From Octopus sinensis (lineage: Eukaryota), in assembly GCF_006345805.1 (NCBI RefSeq), contig NC_043020.1, positions 7,192,001 to 7,256,000 on the forward strand: a stretch of DNA of 64,000 nt. The letters are read 5' to 3'. How positions within the stretch are numbered: the first letter of the stretch is position 1; the number at the start of each line of letters is the position of its first letter. Under the pieces are notes generated by a model, which ran no database searches, was not told the origin of the DNA, and worked only from the letters and a program-made list of their open reading frames with translations. Positions 51,098 to 63,928 of the stretch are shown here, piece after piece. Position numbers and translations under genes: made by a program.

Positions 51098-51752
51098 TAT
51101 ATAAATATATATATATATATATATAATATAATATATATATAATATATATTATATATATAATATATATATACATATACGTATGTATATATGTATCTCTACC
51201 TCTGTCTATCGGTATCTCTCTCTCTCTCTCTTTCTCTCTCACACTCTTTCTCTCATTCACTTTCTCACTCTCTCTGTTTCTCTATATATGTTAGTGTGTG
51301 TATATGTGTGTGTGTATGTGTGTGTGTGAGTGTGTGTTTCTGAGAGAGAGAGTGAGAGATGACTCTGCTCACTAACATGGTCCGCTTTATAAAGACAGCA
51401 AAGTGTTGGCCAAAGGAGGTCGCCATGTTTGTTCAAAGTCACAACAGATATTCTCTAATTATCTTTATCTTGTTATATTAATCAACAACAATAGAATTAA
51501 ATAAGATAGCCTGAATCAATTACACATTAGAGCAGAACACTTAATTATTACAAAGAATTGATGGCCCAATTTCGTTAGATGACAACTCCAGTGAAACGCA
51601 TCAGTTTTAAGATAATGGCTGCCTGCTTTTATGGATGACAGCCATTTTAACACTTCAGTAATTATTGATATAGAATAGATATAGACTTCTGCTTGATGAA
51701 TATTATGTTCTTGACATATCTGATATATGCATACACACATACATGTATATAC

Positions 51753-51815
<63 letters not shown>

Positions 51816-52023
51816 GCACACACATGTACACATACATATATGTATGTATATATATATATATACATGCATACATATGTGTGTGTGTGTGTGTATCTTTATT
51901 TATATATATATATGCATGTATGTATATATAATATATATATACATACAAACCTATATATAAAGATACACACACATATACAGACATACAAACACACACACAT
52001 ATATACCTATATATATACAATAT

Positions 52024-52066
<43 letters not shown>

Positions 52067-52204
52067 GTGTGTATCGCTTTATATATGTGTGCGTGTCTGT
52101 GTGTAAATATGTATGAATGTACGTATGTATGTATGCATGTGTGTGTATGCATGAATGTGTGTATGTATATATATATGTATATACATATATGTGTGTGTGT
52201 ATGT

Positions 52205-52235
<31 letters not shown>

Positions 52236-52254
52236 GTGTGTGTGTATATACGTC

Positions 52255-52328
<74 letters not shown>

Positions 52329-52331
<3 letters not shown>

Positions 52332-52518
52332 TTTATAGAAGGAGCTTCTACAGGACTAGAACTGTTTCATTCAAAAGAATCATCAGGAAGCCTGATGATT
52401 TCATTTGAATGAAACAGTTCTAGTCCTGTAGAAGCTCCTTCTATAAAATAAATTAATTTACTTTGCTATGTATTGAGTACCTTATTTACTGTGGTTAACC
52501 CCAACTCAACCCGGGACC

Positions 52519-52520
<2 letters not shown>
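52329..52520 (+). mobile_element. Second-family Penelope-like fragment with ~60-bp inverted head, in (TA)n
   Basis: Palindrome 52329-52450 centred on the AAG loop (52388-52390). It contains CTGATGA..GAAAC (52392-52415) and is followed by a ~70-bp tail. Confidence 0.55.
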
Positions 52521-52580
<60 letters not shown>

Positions 52581-52984
52581 ATATATATATATATATGTAT
52601 GGTGGACTTTCTGGTTGTAAACAAGAGACGGGGGATCTGCATTTTCTTGTTGAACAACCTGTGCAGATGACTTGATTACACTGATCCAATGTTTGTGCAG
52701 CACATGCACTCCCTCCCTCCCTCCCTCCCTCAGGTCAGTATGACCTGTGATACTGCACAGTGTGTCACACGTCACATATGGAAGTTAACACTGACCAATG
52801 TGAAATGAAATGTCTTACTCAAGGATACAATGCATTGCCCCCGTCCAGAAACTGAGACCGTGATCATGCAAACCACAAGGCCACATGCACACACACCAGA
52901 AGACTGCACTGGTTTGGTTACGTAACAGATATGAATGAGGACAGCTGCATAAAGAAGTGTCAAACCCTAATTATGGAGGCTATC

Positions 52985-53680
52985 TGCGGAAGGGGTAGAC
53001 CCAGGAAGATATGACATGAAGTGGTGAAAAGGATCTTCAGATGCTGGGCCTCACCGATAAAATGACAAGGGACCAAGACATCTGGGGATTAGCTATATTT
53101 GAGAAAGCACACCGGACTTAGTAAAATTGCTGTTTATCCGTACATACAGGATTGTCCTTTACAGGCACCAGTGCCACATAAAATGCACTCGTGCTCGTGC
53201 TGCAGAGAGTCACATCCATGCCATGAGATGAGCCTATGGAAAGGGTAGACCCAGGATGATGCGGGACAAAGTGACGAGAAAGGATCTTCAGATGCTGGTC
53301 CTTGCTGAGGAAATGACAAAGAACCAGGATTTGCGATTTGCTTTACTTGAGAAGATGTGCCAAGCTAAGTAAAACCGCTGTCATTCATACATACAGGCTT
53401 GTTCATTAAAGGCACCAGTGCCACATAAAATGCACTCGTACTGGTGCTGGTGCTGGATAGAGTCGCACCCATGCCAGTGGCATATAAGAAGCACCCAGCT
53501 CACTCTGTAAAGTGGCCAGCATTAGGAAGGGCATCCAGCCATAGAAACCATGCCACAACAGTAAATTGAAGTCTGGACAGCTCGTCAGCTGGCCAGCTTC
53601 ATGTCAAACCGTCCAACCCATGCCAGCATGGAAAACAGATGTCAAAAGATGATGGTGATGATGATGATGATGATGATGAT
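52985..53680 (+). mobile_element. Decayed RTE 3' end with a ~250-bp internal duplication, running into family C and a (GAT)n tail
   Basis: The GGAAGGGGTAGACCCAGGAAGA..GATCTTCAGATGCTGG block occurs at ~52990 and ~53237, continuous with family C sequence to 53680. Confidence 0.6.
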
Positions 53681-53976
53681 ATATTTATAAAATCTGGCAT
53701 ATCATCAAGGAAAATCAAAAGGATGATTATGTTGAGACCTATATATCTCTTATCTTGTTTTAGCCATTGGGCTGTGGTCATACTGGGGCACCACCTTGAA
53801 AAGTTTAATCAAACTGATAGATCCCAGTACTTATTTTTGTTCTTTTGTTTTCAGTCTCGTACTTATTATATCAGTCTCTTTTGCCAAACTGCTATGTCAC
53901 AGGGATACAGGGAGCAGGGTGTATACATAAATACAAAGATACACACATTCATACACACTCACATATATATATATAT

Positions 53977-54360
53977 AGTGGCTGTATGGTAAGTAGCTTG
54001 CTTACCAACCACATGGTTCCGGGTTCAGTGCCACTGCGTGGCACCTTGGGCAAGTGTCTTCTGCTATAGCCTCGGGCCGACCAATGCCTTGTGAGTGGAT
54101 TTGGTAGACGGAAACTGAAAGAAGCCTGTCGGATATATGTATATATGTGTGTGTATGTTTGTGTTTCTGTATTTGTCCCCCTAGCATTGCTTGACAACCG
54201 ATGCTGGTGTGTTTACATCCCCGTCACTTGGCGGTTCGGCAAAAAGAGACCGATAGAATAAGAACTGGGCTTACAAAGAATAAGTCCCGGGGTCGAGTTG
54301 CTCGATTAAAGGCGGTGCTCCAGCATGGCCGCAGTCAAATGACTGAAACAAGTAAAAGAG
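53977..54360 (+). mobile_element. SINE family A
   Basis: Nearly full-length copy. Confidence 0.88.
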
Positions 54361-54772
54361 AAAAAAGAGAAAGAGAATATATATATACATATATATATAT
54401 AGTGTGTATGTGTGTGTGTGTGCATCTCAGCATTGATATTTGTCTGTTGGTCTTGGAGCAACACCACCATTTCTAAACAAATGATTTCCAAAATTTGCTT
54501 ACAGATCCAAAATTATCTTGGAATAATGCATGAAGAAAATAATATTGAAATCAGACACAAACCGGAAAAAAAAATGGAGAACGTTTGATTGAAAACCTAA
54601 TGTCTTAAACTGATGGTTTTTAACAGCCAGGCAAGATTTAATCTTTTGTGTGTGTGCGTATGTGTGTGTGTGTGTCTGTGTGTATTATACTAATTCTCTC
54701 TCTCTCTCCCACATACAAGCACATACAAACTTTCTCTTTCATTTCTCATAAACAAAATTGTATCTAGTTATA

Positions 54773-55207
54773 GGCGGAGATAAAGAATATGCACACCACC
54801 CGTTTTCGGTGTAACCCTGATCCTAATCTTAACCCTAACCCAGTGCTTTTCAAATTTTTTGCTGGAGCGGAACCCCAAGGAAACATTCCACTGGCTCGAG
54901 CAACCCCTGTGCAATAATTTAATAGTCTTATGCACACATATCTGCACAAGAGAATGAAAAATTACTGCTGATTTTAGCAGTTTTCTAACTTCTTGGGAAA
55001 CCCTGGTTGAAAACCACTGCCCTAACCCTAACCACCGGGTGTGCGTATTCTTTACCTTCGCCCAATTTTAACATATACATCACTATGGCGAAGGTAAAGA
55101 ATACGCACACCCGGTGATTAGGGCTAGGGTTAGGTTTAGGGTTAGAGTTAGGGTTAGGATTAGGGTTACGCCGAAAACGGGTGGTGTGCGTATACTTTAC
55201 CTCCGCC
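54773..55207. mobile_element. Head-to-head pair of small MITEs with telomeric-repeat interior
   Basis: Copy A 54773-55062 and copy B 55087-55207. Each has ~25-bp TIRs GGCG(G/A)AGGTAAAG(A/T)ATACGCACACC around degenerate (TAACCC)n. Confidence 0.85.
54841..55019 (+). mobile_element. hAT-type MITE inserted in the telomeric tract
   Basis: CAGTGCTTTTCAA..TTGAAAACCACTG with an exact 8-bp TSD CCCTAACC (54833-54840 and 55020-55027). Confidence 0.9.
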
Positions 55208-55866
55208 TAAAATTGTATGTATTTATCTTATAAAATATTCAAGATTGCTGCAACTTCTCGGATAGAGACCTTAACAGGGACAGAAACTAGCAATAAGTCA
55301 CGTAAAGACAAAAATAACTAAAAGTACAGGGGAAAGAACTCTATAACATGAGTCTGGAATTTCTTCCCATCCTTCTCTCTAAGAGCAGCAAATTTGGTCA
55401 AATCTAACATTTGTCCGTTTCAGTAGTTGCCTGTACAAAAACTGCAATAGATAAATGGATGTCACATTATAATTATACATTTCGATAATATTAAAGGGTA
55501 AACTTTATTTTTTTTTACATTTATTCAATTATTGTTTTTCATATAAAAAAAATATTTTACCAGAAAAAAGAATCAGAGGAGAGAATGTTATTGATCTCCA
55601 TTTTTCCATTGGAAAATTATAAACCGAAAATCGTATAATTTCATTTCGTTTAACAGTTTCATTTCAATTTTGGAGAGATTGACCTAAGTTATGAACTCCT
55701 TGGTTTAGAGTTAATTCCCCTTCGTAATTCTATTTGTCGTCATGCAGCGCTCTCTTAACAACCGGTGCGCCCTTACTTAAATTCCGGAAAAAAAAAAGAC
55801 AATAAAAAAATGTTTCGTTTCAAAAAAAAAGGGTTCATAAAATGTGATAAATTTTTCAGAATATAT

Positions 55867-56294
55867 GGCGGCGATTTTTCGTCTCTAGTAGACCTTTCCG
55901 TCGATTTCCGTAAAAAAATTTTTTTTCTTTTACATATGGGCTTGCGGGAACTTTTGAAGTAATATACATACATATACACATACACCGAGTAAAAAATTTC
56001 AGTTATCTCTTTCTTTCACACATTACTCTGTCTCTTCACACACACTAACAGAAGCACTTCACTTACACAACATACTGTCTGTCTCCCACACCCCATCAAA
56101 CACACACACACACATGTACATCAATGCTACCCATGCACGGTAACTTCAAAAGAACTTCCCTCGTCATAAAATGGCTTTCTCTTAGTCTCTTTCGCTCTCA
56201 TTACTTCAAAAGTTCCCGCAAGCCCATATGTAAAAAAAAAAAAAATTTTTTTACGGAAATTGACGGAAAGGTCTACTAGAGACGAAAGATCGCC
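55867..56294 (-). mobile_element. Second copy of the 26556-26972 MITE, opposite orientation
   Basis: Same TIRs and reverse-complemented interior; no TSD preserved. Confidence 0.9.
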
Positions 56295-57173
56295 ATAAAT
56301 TATATAATAGAAATTAATTGTTAATATTTATTTTGATACTTTTTTTTTCCAAGGCGGCGAGCTGGTAGAATCGTTACCACGTCGGAAAAAACTGCTTAGT
56401 GGCATTTCTTCCTGACTTGACGTTCTGAGTTCAAATTCCGCCGCGGTCGACTTCGCTTTCCATCCCTTCGTGGGTTGATTAAATAAGTACCAGCTGATAT
56501 AATCGACTTATCTTTCCCCAGAAATCACACTGGCCTTGTGCTAAGATTTGAAACCGATATTTATTTCGCTTTTATACAACAAAAAGTGCACAAAATCTTA
56601 AGATATAAATGTTTGAATAGTTGGTCAATAATTATAACGTTTTCGAAAATTTACATTAATTTCTATTTATATATTCCAATTTCTAAAACTATTATCAATT
56701 AATATTTACTTTTAAATTGTTTTATACCAAGCCACACCTATTATCCTGAAAGCTTGGCACCTGAAGTAGACTGGATTTTCTGGTTTTCTGCAAACAACAT
56801 AAATATATACTTAAAATATAAAATAAACTAGGAAAAGCGAAAAACTAAATTGTATTTAACGGATTCAAATTAATACACTTGTAAAGCAGAGTCTATTTGA
56901 TATTTATTTATCCACTTAAACTTCTTAAAATATATTATGCTGTACCCATATATAAAGAATAATATTTATGGGATGAAAATTAAATGAAGAAAAATGAAGA
57001 ACACGATTTTATTCAACAGAAACAGGTACAAATTAGTAAAATTCTGATGCAGAGTATTTTAAATCTTTATCAATCCACTCAAAAAAGTAACCACCACAAC
57101 TATTTTTAACACAGCGAATGCAAATTAACCAACTTCTAAAACAGGGTCTGTTTACTCAATACAGGGTATAGTA

Positions 57174-57275
57174 CAGTGCTTTTCAAACTTTTTGCTGGAG
57201 CGGAACCCCGAGGAAACATTCCACTGGCTCGAGGAACCCCTGTGCAATAATTTAATAGTCTTATCCACACATATA
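57174..57275 (+). mobile_element. Truncated hAT-type MITE (left half)
   Basis: Matches the first ~100 bp of 57369-57569. Confidence 0.85.
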
Positions 57276-57368
57276 TGATATATATATGTATGTGCATATG
57301 TAGCAAGATAGATACACACACACACACACACGATATTTAACTAGGACTGAAATTTCTATTCACTATAG

Positions 57369-57569
57369 CAGTGCTTTTCAAACTTTTTGCTGGAGCGGAA
57401 CCCCAAGGAAACATTCCACTGGCTCGAGGAACCCCTGTGCAGTAATTTAATAGTCTTATGCACACATATCTGCACAGGAGACTTAAAAATTACTGCCGAT
57501 TTTAGTAGTTTTGTAACTTCTTGCGGAACCCCTGGACTGTACTGGCGGAACCCTGGTTGAAAACCACTG
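57369..57569 (+). mobile_element. Full hAT-type MITE 150 bp upstream of the PIGU ATG
   Basis: Both TIRs present; no clean TSD. Confidence 0.88.
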
Positions 57570-57718
57570 GCATAGCATATTGCAGGGAATTACAAACTAT
57601 TTTCGGATTTCTGGAAACCAAGATAAGTGGTCAGGTTGGGTTGTGTGTCAGGGACAAATTTTAGCCAGAATTACACAAGGGATTTTATTGTGTCTACACC
57701 GTTTATTGCAAGACTGTC

Positions 57719-57848
57719 ATGGAAATCGTTATCCAAATATGTTTCATAATTGGTCTCAGTGTCCGATTTTGGCTTTTCAAGACAAATTTCCCTGCTTGGT
57801 TATCATCTCGAGTGGAAATCTCGACACCCCTAACATCATGGAAACGGA
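57719..57848 (+). CDS. PIGU: First coding exon of GPI transamidase component PIG-U (partial gene; exon 2 not found in window)
   Basis: ATG at 57719 reads MEIVIQICFIIGLSVRFWLFKTNFPAWLSSRVEISTPLTSWKR + 1 nt, then a GTAAGT donor at 57849. It aligns without gaps to the recalled human PIGU N-terminus (..[30 protein letters not shown]), with V15-R16, L19-F20, R31-V32-E33, P37-L38 and S40-W41-K42-R43 in identical register. Missed by the ORF track because it is a short spliced exon. Confidence 0.92.
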
Positions 57849-60383
57849 GTAAGTCTTATTTGCTTTCATTTTCGAGTATTTAACACCGACTTAACCCAAA
57901 TATCTGAGAGTAGCCGGATAGATTTTTTTTGAGACATTTAATAAATATTCAGCTTTAAACGAATATCTTTAAAAAGATCCTTAAAGTTTCCTGTATTTTA
58001 TTCATCGTTGTTTTATTGGGGGTTCTTCTAAACAAACCCTGATCGCTCTTAGACGTCAGATATAATATATTTTAGCGTTTGTATTTTGCTTCCTGGAAAA
58101 ACTCCCAAAAGAAATTGTTGCAGAGATCAAAGCTATGCAAATCAGCAAATTATAAAGTAATTAGAATTTGCTTTTAATTAGCATTCCCAATGTTGGTTAT
58201 TGGCATTTAGTGTGAATACTTTGGTATCTATTTTATTGCAGAACTTTTATTATTTCCTTTTGTTGTTTAGCATCATTCTGACTTGATGGAGCCGGCTTAT
58301 GATGAAAGGCATTCCATACATGATCACCATGTCTTTCTGGTAAATTTTTACCGTCCCCCCCCCTATATACAAGGAAACCGAGACCTCACTGTCCCAGTAT
58401 TCTATCTCCTGAGGCTGAGCGAGTTTGATTCAAAAAAAAACTTGGCTGCTAGAAATAGCAGCAAAAATTCTTTCAAATTTAAAAGAAAGGAAAGAAAAAT
58501 ATTCTTTTCTACTCTAGGCACAAGGCCCGAAATTTGGTGGTAGGTGGGGCAATCGATTAGATCGACCCCAGTGTACAACTGGTACTTAATTTATCGACCC
58601 CCGAAAGGATGAAAGGCTAAGTCGATCTCGGCGGAGTTTGAACTCAGAACGAAAAGACAGACGAAATACTGCTAAGGAATTCGCCCGGCGTGCAAACGTT
58701 TCTGCCAGCTCGCCACCTTAGGAAAAAAAAAAAAAAATATTGGATAATGTTGTACGATACACTGCACCAGAAAATAACTAAATAAACGATGGTGTGGTTA
58801 CGGCTGGATTGCCTTTCATCATAGGTCTGCTCAACCAGGCTGACTTGGGGCTCAACAACAACACTTCAGTATTTCCGGATAAATCACAACTGATAAACGT
58901 CCAGCATTTAATATTTTACGTTAAAAAAAAAGGGCGGCGAACTAACAGAATCGTTCGCACGCCGGGCAAAAAATTCAGCGGCATTTCTTCCGTCTTTACG
59001 TTCCGAGTTCAAATTGCTCCGAGGCCGACTTTGCTTTCATCGTTCCGGACTCGAGGCCCTGGGAGTCAATATAATCGACTCCCCGCCCCTCCCACCTCAA
59101 ACTCCGAACGTGTTGGCTTTGTGCCAAAATTTGAAACCGAAAGAAAGAGAGAGGGGGGAAAAAATTAACTGACGAAACTGAAAATTGAAATGTCGTTAAT
59201 CCACAATGGATGACGTGTTTGGGCATGTAATAAGTTCTATTAATACTACTACTACTAATAATAATAATAATGATAATGATAATACTCCTTCCTACTATAC
59301 GCGCAAGGCCTGAAATTTGGGGGAGAGGAATAGTTGATTGCATCGACCCCAGTACTTATTTTACTGTACCCGGAAGGATGAAAGGCAGTGTCGACTTTGG
59401 CGGAATTCGAACTCAGAAGATAGCGACAGACGGCATACCATTAAGTATTTCGCTCAGCATGCTAACAATTCTCCCATCGTCGCCGCCGAAATGATAACAA
59501 TAATAATAATAATAATAATAATTTCTACGAAAGGCACAAGGCCTGAAATTTGCAGGGACAGGCTAGTCGATTACCAATGAAACATCATCATCATCATCGT
59601 TTAACGTCCGTTCTCCATGCTAGCATGGGTTGGACGGTTCGACCGGGGATCTGGGAAGCCAGACGGCTGCACCAGGCTCCAGTCTTATCTGGCAATGTTT
59701 CTACAGCTGGATGCCCTTCCTAACGCCAACCACTCCGTGAGTGTAGTGGGTGCTTTTTACGTGCCACCTGCACAGGTGCCAGGCGAGGCTGGCAACGGCC
59801 ACGGTCGGATTGGTGTATTTTACGTGCCACCGTCACGGAAGCCAGTCGAGGCGGCGCTGGCATCGGCCACGAGTCGGATAGTGCTTTTTACGTACCACCA
59901 GACCAGGGGTCCTGGCTGGTTCAACTCGATTTCGATTTCGCTTGCCCCAACATGTCTTCGCAAGCAAAGGGGGTTGGCATGGGTGCCTGTCGTCGGTTGG
60001 TACTTAATTTATTGACCCCGAAAGGATGAAAGACAAAATCGACCTCAGCGGAATTTGAACTCTGAGTGTAAAAGACATATAAAATGCCAAACGTGCTAAC
60101 GATTCTGTCAGCTTGTCACCTTAATAATAATAATAATAATATGCCATCAGTAACAAGTGTTGTATAAATGGAAATGAACTCAGACCAGGCCAGTGAAAAG
60201 AAAAAAAAGACAGTTTCTATATAAAATATATTTATTTACTGCACAGCTGTTTCTCTATGGTGACATTAAAAACTTGCAATGTTCCCAAGCTTTAATATAT
60301 GTGTGTATGTTGTCATGGCTATGTGGTTAAGATGCTTGCTTTGCGAGCGCCTGGTTTTGAGTTCAGGCTCACTCTGAAGCACT

Positions 60384-60809
60384 ATCATCATCATTGTTCG
60401 ACCGTGGTCGAGACAATGGAATTTACCATGCTACGCCAGACTTCACGGTCCATCATGGCATTACGGAGGTCCTGTTGCTGGATGCCTGTATCCCTGGAGA
60501 TTACATCAGGGTAGGAGAGTGTGCGCCCTCTGGTATTGCGAGTAGATGGCTTCCAGAGGAGAAGAGTAGAAATTACTTCTTTTTCAGCTCTATAACAATG
60601 TCCAGCAAACTGGACTCTCCTACCTTTCACAAGAGATGACACAGGTGGTAGTTTCCCATATATTTGCATTTTGGTTGGATGGCGCTTCCACGAGAGATTT
60701 TGAGCTCTCATAAGGAGGCGAGTGTAGGTTCCATCCAACCGCCTCTCAAGCTTCTTTGATAACGTCCAGGTTTCTGAGCCATATAGTAGAATTGGTTCGA
60801 CTGTGGCTT
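60384..60809 (-). mobile_element. Young 5'-truncated RTE-clade LINE inserted in a family A SINE (PIGU intron 1)
   Basis: Uninterrupted FKATVEPILLYGSETW..RRVQFAGHCYR..DREVWR frame ending in a TGA fused to the (TGA)n tail. 9-bp TSD TGAAGCACT at 60375-60383 and 60810-60818. Confidence 0.92.
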
Positions 60810-61521
60810 TGAAGCACTTATGGGCTGGTGTCTTCAAATATAGCCTTGGACCAATGAACGCCTTGTGAGTGAATTTGGTTGATAGAAACTGTGTGGAAGT
60901 GTGCTGTGTATATATGTGTTTGTGTGTGTGTACCACCGACACTATTACTGCCTAATAACAGGTGTTGCTTTGTTTATATCCCTGCACCTTATCTCTTTGG
61001 CTATAGACACTGAATAAATGAATGCCAGTTTTTAACAAATAAGTCAGGAAGGGCATCCAGCTGTAGAAACCTTGCCAGATCAGATTGGAGCCTGGCGCAG
61101 CCTCCTGGCTTGCCAGTCCCCAGTCAAACTGTCCAACCCATGCCAGCATGGAAAACGGACGTTAAACGATGAGGATGATGAGGTCCTTGGGTCTGTTTAT
61201 TCAACTGAAACCTTTCAAGGTGGTGCCCCAGCATGACCATAGTCAAATGACTGAAAGAAAAAAAACATAAAAGATTACTTTAAAATTAAATAAAATAAAT
61301 TTCTCATTTCCGTAACCCCCACCCCCATAACTACTCTCTCACCTACTCCATCTCCTCCCCTTCCTCTGCCTCATTTTTTCCCTCTCTATGTGCACACAGT
61401 GTTCCTTTATTCATTGCCTGCACCAAGCCTCATTTGTGCACTCACCCTACACCCCTTACCGTAACTCTTTCTCTATCTTTCACTTTTACTCTCTCTCCCT
61501 CTATATATATATATATATATC

Positions 61522-61806
61522 ATGTCACGTGATCACGTGACCGACCAGACCATCAGACGTTGTTACACATCGCTGGTCACAATGCTTTCGCATTGTTTTA
61601 GCCTTCGAATGACGCCACCCCGCTGGCTAAGCGTGCAGGCCGACAGAAGAAAGAGTACAGCAGGGATCACCACCCCCTGTCGGAGCATCGTGGAGCTTCT
61701 TAGGTGTTTTCGCTCAATAAACACTCACAACGCCCGGTCTGGGAATCGAAACCGCGATCCTATGACTGCGAGTCCGTTGCCCTAACCACTGGGCCATTGC
61801 GCCTCC
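61522..61806 (-). mobile_element. tRNA-headed SINE (family D)
   Basis: Head GGAGGCGCAATGGCCCAGTGGTTAGGG..GGTTTCGATTCCCAGACC on the minus strand. Confidence 0.78.
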
Positions 61807-62570
61807 ATATATATATATATATATATACACTCTCGGAGTGGTTGGCGTTAGGAAGGGCATCCAGCTGTAGAAACTCTGCCAAATCCAGATTGGAGCCTGG
61901 TGCAGCCCTCTGGTTCGCCAGTCCTCAGTCAAAATCGTCCAACCCATGCTAGCATGGAAAGCGGACGTTAAACGATGATGATGATATATATATATATATA
62001 TATATATGATATCAAACATGACAGGAGATCAACCAGCCAACATTTATATCAGCTTTAATAGATAGATCATCATCATCATTGCCATGTAACGTCCGTTTTC
62101 CATGCTGGCATGGGTTGAGCAGTTTCACAAGTTGATCAAATTCACTCATAAGGAATCAGTGGGCCTGGAGCTGTCCTAGAAGACACTTGCCCAAGGTTCT
62201 GTGCAGTGGGGTTGAGCCTGAAACCATGTGGTTGTGAAGCAAAATTCTCAATCGCACAGCCATGTTTGTGCAGAGGGAGTAAATACTTTGGTAGAAAATT
62301 GAACCTAGGCTGCTTGTGTGGTAGGTAGGTGTTTCTACCATTGAACCACTGGTGCTTGATCGAGATACCAACTGAAAAGCTGTCCGGGTTCCATTTCAGT
62401 TTTGGCATGGTTTCTATGCCTGGATGCCCTTCCTAATGCCAACCACTTTACAGAGTGTACTGGGTGTTTTTACCAGGGCCGTGGTGTCAGAGTCTGTAAA
62501 ACTATACTGACTCCAACTCACAATGTCCTTATTCTTTAATTTCTTTAATATAAACCAGTTATTACATTTA

Positions 62571-62955
62571 GGCGCAGGAGTGGCTGTGTGGTAAGTAGCT
62601 TGCTTACCAACCACATGGTTCCAGGTTCAGTCCCACTGCTTGGCATCTTGGGCAAGTGTCTTCTACTATAGCCTCGGGCCGACCAAAGCCTTGTGAGTGG
62701 ATTTGGTAGACGGAAACTGAAAGAAGCCCGTCGTATATATGTATATATATATGTGTGTGTGTGTTTGTGTTTGTCCCCCTAGCATTGCTTGACTACCGAT
62801 GCTGGTGTGTTTATGTCGCTGTCACTTAGCGGTTCGGCAAAAGAGACCGATAGAATAAGCACTGGGCTTACAAAGAATGTCCTGGGGTCGATTTGCTCGA
62901 CTAAAGGCAGTGCTCCAGCATGGCCGCAGTCAAATGACTGAAACAAGTAAAAGAG
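62571..62955 (+). mobile_element. SINE family A, full length
   Basis: GGCGCAGGAGTGGCTGTGTGGTAAG (A-box-like), GGTTCAGTCCC (B-box-like), CATCTTGGGCAAGTGTCTT (CORE-like), and a tail ending GAAACAAGTAAAAGAG. Confidence 0.9.
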
Positions 62956-63525
62956 TAAGGCCTACTCAAAGTACAAGCGTATGCATATGCTTTATGAGAT
63001 ATGTAGACCACAGTCAATTACATAAAGAAGAGTCAGAGTCACCAATAGTAGAGGAGTCAAGAGTCACCAATAGTAGAGGAATCGGAGTCAAAGCTTTTTG
63101 TTTCGACTCCACAGTTTTACACAACACCAGCATGGGGATTTTGCATGGCACCGGCAAGATTAGGGACACTCGGCAGGAAAGGGATGCAGGGGACATCCCT
63201 GTATTCAAGGACAACCACACTTAGCTTGACGTCTCTTCAAGAGCACAGCAAGCCACCAGAGGCCTCGGACCCCTGTCATCCCCAACATCTGAAGAGCCAC
63301 TCTCACCGTTTCGTCCTATGTCTTCCTGAGTCTACCCCTTCCACATGTTCGCTAGCGCCACACCAGTCATGTTTCAACTGGTACCTTGATCAGCACAAAC
63401 GTGGCTGTGCGATTAAAAATTTTGCTTCACAACCACGTGGTTTCAGGCTCAATCTCACTGCACGGTACCTCAGGCAAGTGTCTTCTAGTACAGCTCCAGA
63501 CCAATTGATTCCTTATGAGTGAATT

Positions 63526-63928
63526 TGGCAGAAATGTTAGCACGCCGGGCGAAATGCTTTTGCGGTATTTCGTCTGCCGCTACGTTCTGAGTTCAAATTC
63601 CGCCGAGGTCGACTTCGCCTTTCATCCTTTCAGGGTCGATTAAATAAGTACCAGTTACGCACTGGGTTAGATATAATCGGCTTAATCCGTTTGTCTGTCC
63701 TTTTGTGTCCTCTGTGTTTAGCCCCTTGTGGGTAGTAAAGAAATAGGTATTTCGTCTGCCGCTACGTTCTGAGTTCAAATTCCACCGATGTCGACTTTGT
63801 CTTTCAATCTTTCGGGGTCGATTAAATAAGTACCACTTACGCACTGGGGTCGTTATAATCGACTTAATCCGTTTGTGTGTCCTTGTTTGTCCCCTCTGTG
63901 TGTAACCCCTTGTGGGTAGTAAAGAAAT
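63526..63928 (+). mobile_element. SINE family B dimer (tail 1, tail 1)
   Basis: Junction AAGAAATAGG|TATTTCGTCTGCC at ~63739-63760. Confidence 0.85.

Noticed and set aside
54773-55207. True telomere or chromosome-fusion site
   Set aside because: Only a few degenerate hexamers, each tract enclosed by its own TIRs.
57020-57140. Minus-strand frame SWLICIRCVKNSCGGYFFEWIDKD.. resembling a GRF zinc-finger end, with AATAAA downstream
   Set aside because: Too short, lacks the rest of the motif, and a terminal exon 0.6 kb upstream of a divergent PIGU start is implausible.
61730-61806. tRNA gene candidates in SINE heads (also 21223, 12550, 62571, 13883)
   Set aside because: They have A/B-box-like motifs but no acceptor-stem pairing, and they continue into multi-copy SINE bodies.
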